Positions 36,942-48,519 of a stretch of DNA of 60,000 nt are shown in pieces; the first letter of the stretch is position 1; each line of letters starts with the position of its first letter. Under the pieces are notes generated by a model, which saw only the letters and a program-made list of their open reading frames with translations, searched no databases and was not told the origin of the DNA. The stretch is from Mobula hypostoma. Taxonomy: Eukaryota. The stretch lies in assembly GCF_963921235.1 (NCBI RefSeq), contig NC_086109.1, positions 5,210,001 through 5,270,000 of the forward strand. Direction: 5' to 3'. The translations under genes and the position numbers were made by a program.

Positions 36942-39900
36942 CTTTAGCCAGAGGGTGGTGAATCTTTGGAATTCACTGCCACAGACAGCTATTGGGTATA
37001 GTTGGGTAAAGTCATTGGGTATAGTTAAAGCAGAGGGTGACAGGTTCTTGATTAGTCAGGGCAGCAAAGGTTACGGGGAGAAGGCAGGAGAATCGGGTTG
37101 AGAGGGATAATAAATTAGTCATGGTGGAATGGTGGAACAGACACAATTGTCCTTATTTCTGTTCCTATGTCTTAAGATATTCTACTTGAACCTCCTCCCA
37201 TTCTATCAACATTCCAGTATCTCTTTCTAATTCCTTCTCTCTTGTGTGTCCCTCTAAAGATCAGCTTATGTGTAGTAGCTCTTTGCTGGAGCAGTATAAA
37301 ATCAACGCTATTGCCACCTCTCCCTAAACACTCAGTAACACATTTATTTTTACAAATTACAAACATTGGAAAGCATTGTCACGCTGGAAACCCAGAGTAA
37401 CACATATAAAATGCTGGAGGAATTCAGCAGGCCAGGCAGCATCTATGGAGAGGAGAAAAGAGCCAATTTTTTTCAGCTGAGAACCTTCAATTGGACCATC
37501 AAAAGTCGTGATGAAGAATCTTGACACAAAACGTTGGCTACTGTTCCTTCTTATACATCAAGGGTTCCCAATCCTTTTTATGCCATGGACCTATACCATT
37601 AAACAAGGGGTCCGCAGAGGTTGGGACCCTCTGCTGACCTGCTGAGTTCCTCCAGCATTTTGAGTGTGTTACTCTGATGTAACCTAGTTGAAACCAAACA
37701 TTTCACCAGTCCTCAAATTTCTTTGGGCTCACACTATGAAGAAACTTCAGCCAGGCATAACCAGAACCAACATGAGACTGCATTGCATTTTAAAGGGATT
37801 AATAACGATTTTGTGTCAAGTTCCAGTCAAATCTTTATTGGCCCATCAAGCTCCAACTCAATTTGTACAGTTTATTTTTCACCCAGAGTCCATGTAATAC
37901 AGCATTTAAAATCAAGGTCAAGTTTACTGGCAGATGCAAAAGTACATATATGTACAGGTGCAATATAAAAACCACTTTAAAATTGGTTTATTATGGTCAC
38001 AAACTGTATACTGAGGTACAGTGAAAACGACACATACTGTCCATACAGATGAATTCATTCCAAGTAGTACAAGGTAAAAGAATAACAGTATGGAATAAAA
38101 TATTCCAGTGACACAGAAAATGCAGTGCAGGTCGACAATACTATGCAAATTCATGATGAGATAGACTGTAAGATCGAGAGTCCATTTCACCATACCATGG
38201 GACTGTTCAAATGTCCTTTAACAGCAGGATAGAAGCTGTCCTTGAGCCTGGTCATAGGTGCTTTCAGGCTTTTGTATCTTCGGCCCGATGGAAGAGAAGA
38301 GAATATATGTGGGGTGGGTGGGGTCTTTGGCTATGCTGGCTGCTTTACTGAGGCAAGAGCAGCACTACAGGAGCATAGCATCATATAAACAGCATTCATG
38401 AGAAAGACTTAAACTAAACATACATTATACATAATCTCTACTGGAGAAAAACACGATTTGAGCAAAGACTACAAGGAAGTCTGCAAATGGGGAGTGAAAG
38501 TTACTTCTACAACATTTCAGAATAGGTCTCATTTAAATTCCAGTTCCCATTTCCGTTCCAACGTTTCAGTTCGTGGCCTCCGCTTGTGCTAAGATGAGGC
38601 TCCCATCAGGGTGGAAGGCCACACCTTACATTCTGTCTGGGTAGCCTCCAACCTGATGGCATATTGATTTCTCCTGGCAAACAAATCTTCCCTCCCTCCT
38701 TCATCCATTCACCACTCTGAGCTTTTATGCCGTCTCACCTGCCTATCACCTCCCCCTCGGTCCCCTCCTCCTTTCCTATCAGATTTCTTCCTCTCCAGCC
38801 CTTTACCTTTCCCACCTACCCCTCCCCCCAGCTTTTTATTCTGGCATCTTCCCCCTTCCTTTTCAGTCCTGAAAAAGGGACTCAGCCCGAAACATTGACT
38901 GTTCATTCTTTCTCACTGATGCTGCCTGACCTGCTGGGTTCCTGCAGCATTTGGAGTGTGTTGAAAGGGATTTTCACCATCTGCAGAATTTCTCATGTTT
39001 GAGTCTCTTTGAGCCAATTACATCAGTTCTGCATTTAAACAACTTCTGTTTGAGGGACACTGGCTTGCAACAGATTTGGACGGTTTGGATTGTGGTGACT
39101 GATACTGAATAGTACGCACGCACCTGCTCCTAGTAATAGTTTGTCATCAGCAGTTTCATTTTATCATATGACAAACTGAAATTGGTCATGTTTTACAGAT
39201 AATATTCCATGAGTTTATCCATTTTTTAAAATGAAAACTGCCTTCATTTAATGCAAAGGGTGGTGTATATTTGTACTTTGCTCTCACAAACAGTGGTTGA
39301 GGCATGTACATTAACATTTAAAAGCCACCTCAATAAATAAATGGATAGGAGATGTTTAGAGGGTCATGGGTTAAACATGGGCAAGTGAGACTACCTCAGT
39401 GGGATACAGTCAACATGGGTGAGTTGGGCCGAAAGCCTCTTTCCATGCTGTATGACTCTATAATCTGGCTAATGTTACTCTCTGGACCACTGGGAGTAAA
39501 ACCTCTGACATTGATTTCACCTGAAATCTTCTTGTACCGGTCATTAAATAAAATAAAAATGATAAATTAGCATGTTAGTATTTCAGTTAAATGATAGAGG
39601 GCCTTTGTACATCAGGATCCCACTGCATTATTTCATGCTGGAAGATTCTGTGGACTTTTAGGTCATTATCGGTCAATTAAATTCTTTTTCCACTTCATAC
39701 ATCTCCATCTCCAGCATTGCTAGTCACAATGACAAAGCTTTTATCTGCTTCAACAATTCTCATCAAGTATTTTTAATTCTATCCAATCTGAAAATATATG
39801 CACCTAATCCTGTCAGACTTCGTTGTTTCCAAAACAGGAAATTCGGTTAATATCTAAATAGACCAATACATTTCCATGTTGTGAACCATCAGACCAAACT

Positions 39901-41196
39901 ATTTGTGTTTTTTTAGAAACTCGAATGAATACTTCCTAAACCTTTATACAGCTTTCTAAATGCTGTCCGTGTCATCTCTGGTATTTTGGTTATCACATTT
40001 TCTCCAAAGTCTCTGCAAAATATGAGAGTGAATGACATAATTTAATGTTGAGTGCAAAGATTCTTACTTTACTGGGTGTTTGGGTTATTGGGTCTGATTT
40101 TGGGTAGGTTTTGACTAATCCAGATCATAACAAATAGGAAAGCCCTCCAAACTTTGATGGTTGTAAAAACACAAGACAGGGAAAATGGAGTTGGCTGGTT
40201 GAGAAGCTCTGGAATTCTCTGTGGAGGCTCAACACAGATAGATTCTGATATCAATTGTATTAAAGAATATGGAATCGGCGCAGGGAGGCAGCACTGGCTC
40301 CAAGATCAGCGGATTTGGTGGAGCAAGGGCTACACTTCTACTTCTAACATGCCTTCCAAGTTTGCTTTGCTGATCAAGTTTATTGTCATTCAACCATACA
40401 CATGAACACAGCTAAATGAGACATTGTTCCTTGGGGCCAAGGTGCAAAACACAGCGTATATAAGCACACACAGCACATAAGACCATAAGGTCCAGGAGCA
40501 GAATTAGGCCATTTGGCCCAGTGATGCTGCTCTGCCCTTTCGATATGGATGATCCAACTCCCTCTTGGCCCCAATCTCCTGCCTTCTCCCTGTATGCCTT
40601 CATGCCCTGACCGATCAAGAATTTACCTACCACTCTCTGGCTAAAGAAATTTCTTCTCATCTCCGTTCTAAATGGACATCCCTCTATTCTGATGTTGTGT
40701 CCCCTCTGGCTTTAGACTCCTCCACCATAGCAAACAACCTCTCTGCATCCACTCTCTCGAGGCCTTTCAATATTCGATAGGTTTCATTGAGATCCTCCAC
40801 CCCTCATTCTTTTAAACTCCAGTGAGTACAGGCCCAGATCCAACAAACACTCTTCACATGATAAGCCACTCAATCCCGGAATCATTCTCGCGAAATTTCT
40901 TTAAATTTTCTCTGATGTCAGCATATCTTTTCTTAGATAAGGGGCCCAAAACTGCTCGCAATATTCGATGTGAGGCCTCACTAGTGCATTGCACTGCCTG
41001 GGGTGGTGGTATAGACAGAAACATTAGAGACTTTTATGAGACGTTTAGATAGGCACATGAATGAGAGGAAAATGGGCATTGTGTAGGCAGAGAAGATTAG
41101 TTAGGATGGTTAATTACAAATTTAACCGGTTCAGCACAACATTGTGGGCCGAAGGGCCTGTTCCTGTGCTGAACTATTCTGTGTTTTATGTCTATA

Positions 41197-42504
41197 AAGT
41201 GCCTGGAAAAAAGTATACAGCCCCCAACCCTTTGTCACCTGGATGAATATTACAAGCAGGGATTTTAATCAATTTAACTGAGCATTTTTATTTGTGAATC
41301 ATGTTCTTTTTTTTCTCAGAGAACTCCAAAAACAGGGAAAATGTTAAAGCATGAAAAAACTAAAAATTAAAAAACTGAAATGTAAGCAGTTCAAAAGTAT
41401 TCTTCCCTTTTGATTAGAAATTATTTGAACCACCTCTTGCAGTTATTACAGCCTGTAGACTTTTTGGATAAGTCTCTAATAGCTTTGCACAATGTGATGG
41501 AGCAACGCCTGTCAAGATTTTGCAAAAACATCACTTAGAAGATACTGTAATGATGTGGAAGAAGGTCTTGTGGTTGTATGAGACTAAAGTGGAACTTTTT
41601 GGCCTCAACACTAAGCAGTACGTGTGGTGTAAATCTAATACTGTGCATCAGGGAGGTAACACCATCCCTACTGTAAAGTATGGTGGAGATAGCACCATGC
41701 TATGGAGACGCTTTTCAGCAGCAGGGACGGAAATCTGGTCAGAATTGAAGAGAAGATGAATGCTGGTAAATACAAAGAGATTCTGGATAAAAACCTGCTA
41801 GTTTCTCCAGAAAGCTTAAACTGGGGAGGAAGTTCAGCTTTCAGCAGGACAATGACCCAAAGCACACTGCCAAAGCAACTATAGAGTGGCTTCAGATGAA
41901 GAAAATTGATATCCTTGAGTAGTCCAATCAGACTCTGGACCTTAACCCAATCAAACATCTCTGGCAAGGCCACAAGACTGCTGTCTACCACTGGTCGCCA
42001 ACTAACCTGGCACAGCTTGGGCAATTTTGTGAGGAGGAATGGGCAAATGTTGCTCCATCGCAATGTGCAAAGCTAATAGAGACTTATCCAAAAAGACTAC
42101 TGGCTGACGAAGGGTCTCGGCCCGAAACGTCGACTGTACCTCTTCCTAGAGATGCTGCCTGGCCTGCTGTGTTCACCAGCAACTTTGATGTGTGTTGCTT
42201 GAATTTCCAGCATCTGCAGAATTCCTCGTGTTTGCGTTTTTAAACTGGCTGTGATAGCTGTGAGAGGTAGTTCAGCTAATTACTGAGCAAATGGGGAGGA
42301 ATACTTTTGAACTGCTGATATTTCAGATTTTTAATTTTTAATTTTTCATGCTTTATGATTTTTCTGGTTTTGTGGGCTCTACTGTGAAAAAGGGACCATG
42401 TGGTTCACAAATAAAAATTTTCAGTTAAATTAGTCGAAATCCCTGCTTGAAATACTTATTAATGTGAACAAAGGGTTGGGGGCTGAATACTTTTCAAGGC
42501 ACTG
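41197..42504 (+). mobile_element. Internally deleted Tc1-like DNA transposon with about 215-bp TIRs
   Basis: Ends (A)AGTGCCTGGAAAAAAGTATACAGCCCCC and GGGGGCTGAATACTTTTCAAGGCACTG flanked by TA; transposase remnants [36 protein letters not shown]. Confidence 0.92.
42104..42243 (+). mobile_element. Penelope-like terminal fragment beginning with a hammerhead core, nested in Tc1
   Basis: CTGACGA-AGGGTCTCGGCCC-GAAA-CGTC-GACTG at 42104-42136; actggctg repeated at 42099-42106 and 42244-42251. Confidence 0.8.
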
Positions 42505-43185
42505 TATTTATGATCAAGCACATAAAGTCACAAGGTAATATTAGTAGAGCCTGAGTGACATGGCCTGAACGTTGACATATAGTGCAAGGTGCATGTTTAT
42601 TGTAAGACAGCATAATGTTACTGGCACTATTATTATAAAACAAGCAGTCACATCAATATGTGAAATAGTAGCAATAAAAGATGAAAAGTGGCCAAGGCAG
42701 GTTGAGAGTGTCTGTGAGTTGGTTTGTACGTCATGACTGGCCCTTTATTGTGAATCTATTTTCGCACACAAGTTCTTCATATCCCCTATTCCATCAGTAT
42801 CTGGGAATGCAGATCAATAATTCCTTAAAAGTAGCATCACAGATAGATAGAATCAGAAAGAGAGCTTTTGGCACATTGGCTATCATAATTCAGAGTACTG
42901 AGCGCAGGAGTCGTAATGTTATGTTGGAGACGTATAAGACACTGGAGAGGTCAAATTTAGAGTATTGTGTGCAGTTCTGGCCACTGACCTACAGGAAAAA
43001 TATCAGTAAAAAGAAAGAGTACAGAGAAAGTTTACAAGTATGTTGTTGGGACGGGAGGACCTGCGTTCTAGGGAAAGGTTGAATAAGATAGAACCTTATT
43101 TCCCTCTCACCTTAAGTACATGTATTTAACAGCAAATGTATTATGTGGTACTGTACTAATAGAGAATTTGTCTCTTCTTTTCCAG

Positions 43186-43281
43186 AGGCGCTGCTGTCGA
43201 TGTGTGGCCTTCCTCCTGATGGCAGCAATGGTAGCAGGGTTTGCTGTACTTTGTGCAAATCTGGACAAAATCCCTCTCTGA
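43186..43281 (+). CDS. TRAF3IP3: TRAF3IP3 terminal coding exon, transmembrane tail anchor (RRCCRCVAFLLMAAMVAGFAVLCANLDKIPL*)
   Basis: tcttcttttccAG acceptor; hydrophobic helix followed by ANLD and TGA at 43279-43281. Confidence 0.9.
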   Translation, partial: RRCCRCVAFLLMAAMVAGFAVLCANLDKIPL

Positions 43282-44820
43282 GAAACTCAATGGCACTGAC
43301 ACAAATTTGCAAATGACTTTGAACACCAAATTTCGATTAGAACAGAAATACTGATACTTTTTAAAATCTTAAAATATTTTAAAAAATTAACTGGTCATGT
43401 GGAATATTGGGAAATGGTCAGGTGCTAAAGAGACTAACCATTTGCACATTCTCACTATACTAAGCTGAATAGCACAATCTGATCAAATCTGAAATATTTA
43501 CCCTCGTGACTATATTTCACATTAGATGCATCTCCAACGGCCAATTCCCTCAAAGCAGAAAGAAATATTTTATGTCCAGTTCAGCTGGGACATGGTATTT
43601 TATTGATTAAGCACACCAACGACCTTAACTCACAATCCTTGTTGTTCAGATATCAACGTAACAGCGGGAATATTTAAACTCTTAACCCAGCAAATTCAAA
43701 TGTTTTAAAATGCCTGTTCTAGGTAATGGGTTGTGGAGTGGAGATATGTTTCTAATCAAGGAAGCACCAGTCATCCCTTCCCTCCACTAGCCTGCAGGTC
43801 ACTCTTGGGCAAGGTGTATCACCTGCTTAGCCCCCCACCGATTAGGATCACGTGAAGCCATGAGACCAGGTGGTGGATGGCCATATAAGCAGCTGGTGCA
43901 TATCACAAGTCCTAGTTTTGCAACCACTAGCACCAGGCAGACTATCTCTGAAGAGTACTGATAATGGCTGGGTTCACCGGTCTTGTAAAGACACTGCCCA
44001 GAAGATGGCAATGGCAAACCACTCCTGTAGAAAAATTTGCCAAGAACAGTCATGATCAAGTCCATGACCACCCACGTCATACAACTTCGCACATAACGAT
44101 GGTGATGGTGATGATGATGATGACTCTAGGTTAGGGTAAGTCTAAACTTATGAGACTGTTAGGAGATACAATCTGATTTACTAAGGCTCTCAGGAAACAA
44201 TATCTGCTGTCCTTATTTGATGTGGCCTGTGTGACTCTTAAACACACTCTGACTTGGTACAACAAATGATTCAGTTGTCAAGAGGGTGAATCACCTCTGT
44301 ATTGTCACGGCCCAAAGAGTGAGCGAATCAGTGTTGGACACATCCCCTTACTAAATACAACGAAGCATACTTTTGTCAATGTTGTAAATAATTTGTGTAA
44401 AATTTGTTTTCTGATTAGAGAATATCACCAGATGCAGCTTTCTTAACTGTCTCTTATAGTCTCTTTACTTTTCCCAGTGCCAAAGGCTGGCAGAGATGGC
44501 AATTACCTTGCAATGGGTATCATAGTCCAATCACACTTCACTGTACATAGAATAAAATATATTTTCTTATGAGCATCTTTAACAATCAAATATGTTCAAA
44601 CAGAGACCTTTTCCCATGGCAGAAATGGCTAATACATGTGCGCATGATTTAACGGTGATTACAGGAATATATAAGGGGGAATGTCAGAGACAGGTTTTTT
44701 TTTAACCAGAGAGGTGAGTGTGTAAAATGCCCTGCAAGGGGTGGTGGTAGAGACAGATACTTCAGGGACATTTAAGAGACTCTTAGATAGGCACATGAAC
44801 GATATTAAAATGGAGGACTG

Positions 44821-45322
44821 CAGTACTGTGCAAAAGTCTTAGGCATATACTGTATATATAACTAGGGTGCCTAAGATATGCACAGTACTGTAGTTCATGA
44901 CATATGCAAGGGATGATAAATCTGATTCTGATATGAGTCTCTATTGTGGACTGAAAGTGGGAAGGGGGCAGGGAGAGGGGTATCATGGTTGGGAAAAGGG
45001 GAAGGGAGAGGGGAGGGAGCAGGGAGCACCAGAGGCATATGCTGTGATGATAAATAAACCAATTGTTTGGAAACAAATGACCTTGCCTGGTGTCTCAGGG
45101 CTGTGTGTGTCTGCACCCACGCCACCCCCTGCCCCTGGCACTCCTTCTCTGCCACCTGTCCCACACCCCTCCCGTGGTACTCCACCCTCACTATTCAAAC
45201 ATCCCTTGCTCCCACCAGATATACAAACTCGCTCTCCACTCCACGTTGACAAACACAGCACTGTGCAAAAGTCCTGGGCACCCTAGCTATATTTATGTGC
45301 CTAAGATTTTTGCACAGTACTG
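44821..45322. mobile_element. Composite non-autonomous DNA element bounded by two palindromic mini-MITEs (other copies about 22950-23445, 33950-34440, 53025-53490)
   Basis: Each end is CAGTACTGTGCAAAAGTCYTRGGCA-(TA-rich spacer)-GTGCCTAAGA..TGCACAGTACTG; all four copies share the same interior. Confidence 0.7.
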
Positions 45323-45704
45323 CAGGTGGGAGGGAAGAGTAGATTGATCTTAGAGTGGGTTAAAAGGTTGACACAACATTATGGGCCGATGGGCCTTTAC
45401 TGTAATGTCCCACGTTCTGTGTAGGTACTTGCCACAAAAAACGTCCAGCTAACTTTCTCCTGAATATTTCCAGGTCACCACCATTATACTTTGAGTATCA
45501 GGCATTTGGGACCAGAACAATTAAAAACTGTTTGATGCTCAATACAGCAGTCTGTATTAGCAAGAACACAGGTCTGGCACATGAATCAGTCAAGGTGTCA
45601 AACTCAATTCGATAAGAATTTCCTCCTGAACAGCTGCAAAATATTGGGAGAAAATTTAACATTTTGATTGATACCTCTTTGTAATGTTATTTTTGTAATG
45701 GCCT

Positions 45705-46070
45705 AATTGACACCTGTGGAATGTTGAAAGGCTTTGATAGAGTGGATGTAGAAAGGATGTTTTCTAAGGTGGGAGAGCCTAGGACCAGAGGACACAGCCT
45801 CAGAACAGAGGGGCCTCTTCTTAGAACGGAGATGAGCAGAAATTTCTTGGGGAATCTGTGGAATTCATTTTGCCACAAGCAACTGTCAAGGCCAAGACTT
45901 TATATCTATTTAAGGCAGGAGTTGGTAGACTCTTTATTGGTCAGGGCATGAAGAGATACAGGGAGAAGGTAAGAGATTGAGGCTGAGGGAAAATTGGATC
46001 AGCTATGATGAAATGGTGGAGCAGACTCAATGGGCCAAATGGCCTAATTCTCCTCCTATATCTTATGGTT
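45705..46070 (+). mobile_element. CR1 LINE 3' fragment (similar pieces at about 6555, 9850, 10390, 21040, 22150, 24480, 31830, 40470, 42800, 56630)
   Basis: KGFDRVDVERMF..RTRGHSLR and the CR1 3' UTR motif TGGGCCAAATGGCCTAATTCT. Confidence 0.8.
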
Positions 46071-46189
46071 ATTTTGGAACAGATGGAATTTGCATGATTA
46101 ACTGGCAGAAAGTTTTTTTTATATTCTTGGGTCTGATGACCATTATGTGTACTCTCTTCAGTGTGAACAAGCATTTACGTTTAAGATCC

Positions 46190-47600
46190 AAAACTGGTTT
46201 GGTGACAGGAGGCAGATGGTAGGGGTAAGAATTAGAAGTCTGTGACTAGTGATGAACCTCAGGGATTGATGCTTGGACCTTTACTGTTTGTGATAAACAC
46301 TCAGTGGCCACTTTATTAGATACCCAATAAGGTGTTTTTGCCCACAGAACTGCCACTCACTAGATGTTTTTTATTGCACCCTATTTTGTAAACTCTAGAG
46401 ACTTTTGTGCGTGAAAACCCCAATGTATCGTCAGCTCCTGAGACACTCAACCCAGCCCATCTGGCACCAAAAATCATTTCACAGATGAAGTCACTTAGAT
46501 CACATATCTTCCCCATTCTGTTTAATCTGAACAACAACTGAACCTCTTGACCATGTCTGCATGCTTTTATGCATCGAGCTGCTACCGCATGATTGGCTGA
46601 TTAGATATTTGCAATGACAAGCAGGTGTACAGGTGTACCTAATAAAGTGGTCATTAAGCGTACATTATTTAGTGACTTGGATATTGTATAGTGACTTTGA
46701 CTTGTGGATGACACAAAAGAAAACAAATTGGTGAATTTATGAATGGTGAGAAAGGTTGTGGACTGCTGCAGCAGAATTTAGTCAGACCGTTGGCAGATGG
46801 AATTTAATTCTAATGAGTGCATGACGATGCACGTTGGGAGATCAGATAGAGGTAGGACATAACCAGTAAATGGTAGGGCACTCGGGAATGTAGATGAACA
46901 GAGAGGTCTGAAAGTGCAAGTCAACAGTTCCCTGAAAGTGGAAACTACAATCAGGGGGATGATGAAAAGGGCCCAAGACATGCTTGCCTTCAAAAGTCGG
47001 GGCATATAATTTAGGAGTTGTGACGTTATGTTGCAGCTTTATAAAACACTGGCAGTTCTAATTGCCTCACTATAGAAAGGATATTATTGCACTGGAAAAA
47101 ATACAGAACATGAAAAGTTTAAGGGGAACATGAGGGGAAACATCTTCACTCAGAGGGTGGTGAGAGTGTGGAACGAGCTGCCAGCACAAGTGGTGCATGC
47201 AAACTCAATTTCAATGTTTAAGAGAAGTTTGGATAGATGCATAGATGGTAGGGGTATGGAGGGTTATGGTCCCGGTGCTGGTTGTTGGAAGTAGGTAGTT
47301 TAAAAAGTTTGGCATGGACTGGATGGGCTGAAGGGGCTGTACTTTTCTATGACTCCATGACGCTATCTATGTTGGAGAACTTTAGTTATGGGAAGAGAAT
47401 GGACAGGCTGGACTTGTGAGAGTCTGAAGGGTGACCAGATAGTTATATATGATTATGAAAGGCTTAGATAGGGCAGCTAGCCACGATCTTTTCCCTATCA
47501 TAAGGGTACTAAGAACGAGAAGACATTTGTTTTAAGGTCAGGAGTTTTAAAGGAACCTGAGAGGTAAAGTTGAAAGTCATCTGTATCTAGAACTTACAGT
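46190..47600 (+). mobile_element. Degenerate CR1 LINE RT/3' fragments with nested insertions
   Basis: Decayed PQG..LGP, DDTK and WQMEFN segments. Confidence 0.7.
46298..46660 (-). mobile_element. Short non-autonomous Tc1 derivative
   Basis: TIR CACTCAGTGGCCACTTTATTAG / CTAATAAAGTGGTCATTAAGCG; remnant transposase N-terminus MGKICDLSDF..GARWAGLSVS..LGFSRTKVSRVY. Confidence 0.8.
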
Positions 47601-48519
47601 CTGAGGAGGTGAAAATCAGGCACAGTTAAAGATAAGCACCAGGGATTCAGCAGATGCTGCAAATCCTGAGCAACACAGTCCTGATGAAGACTCTCAGCCC
47701 AAAATGTTGACTGTTTATCCCCCTCCATAAACGCTGAGTTCCTCCAGCACTTTGAGTCTGTCACAGCAGAGTCATAGACTCATAGAACATTACAGCACAT
47801 AACAGGCCCTTCGGCCCCTCTAATAAGAACATAAAAAATAGCAGCAGGAGTAGGCCATCGAGCCTGCCCCGCCATTCAATAAGATCATGGCTGATCTGTC
47901 CGTAAACTCAGCTCCATCTACCTGCCTTTTCCCCATAACCCTTAATTCCATACTGAACTATTATGCTGCCTGATCCCATCGATCTGAACTGGAACATAGC
48001 CCTCTACCCATGTACCCATCCAAGTTGCTCTTAAGTGTTGAAATCAAACCCGTTTCCACCACTTCCACTGCCAGCTCGTTCCCCACACTCTACTTAAATA
48101 AGCAAGGCATGGCAGGATAAGATTCTAATGTGGCAACTGGGAATCGTCTAGATAGGAAAGAAAGATGGAGATGGTGTTTCTATGCTGTACAGTTAACTCT
48201 GTAATTTCATGACTATGGAACACTCTCACTTAATAGAGTGCATCATTAAACTCACAGAGACTTGAGATTATGTCACAGTGTTCATAGTTAAAACAGCAAA
48301 AGGACTGAAAGTATTCACACCAAGCTTTACTGACTTGGGCTGTAAAATACATTTTTTGTAAGGTGAAAAATAAAATCAATATTTTGAGATAATGGCAAGT
48401 GTCTAGTTAACCTTCCATTAATTTGTTTTGGTAAACCTGCTGGTGTGGGATGTGAATGCTGTAGTGTTTTTGGGCAGAAACTTGGGCAGATAAGGTTCAG
48501 TTTCAGTTTCCTGTTCCGC

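Larger units (their letters stand above)
1244..43281 (+). other. TRAF3IP3: TRAF3-interacting JNK-activating modulator (T3JAM) gene span; 15 coding exons, 555 aa coiled-coil tail-anchored protein
   Basis: Exons joined by hand give one open frame (351+151+73+25+30+96+72+141+138+145+63+60+113+114+96=1668 nt). Motifs ESYEEKLERR..NVTSCR..FLKRRNL, EASQQT, GVAVLD, EIKQLSEYLKEALHRE..LKQKM..SWK and a C-terminal TM helix match recalled mammalian TRAF3IP3. Adjacent to C1orf74 as in mammals. Confidence 0.95.

Noticed and set aside
44551..44556. AATAAA as the TRAF3IP3 polyadenylation signal
   Set aside because: Plausible, but it cannot be distinguished from chance in AT-rich sequence without 3'-end data.
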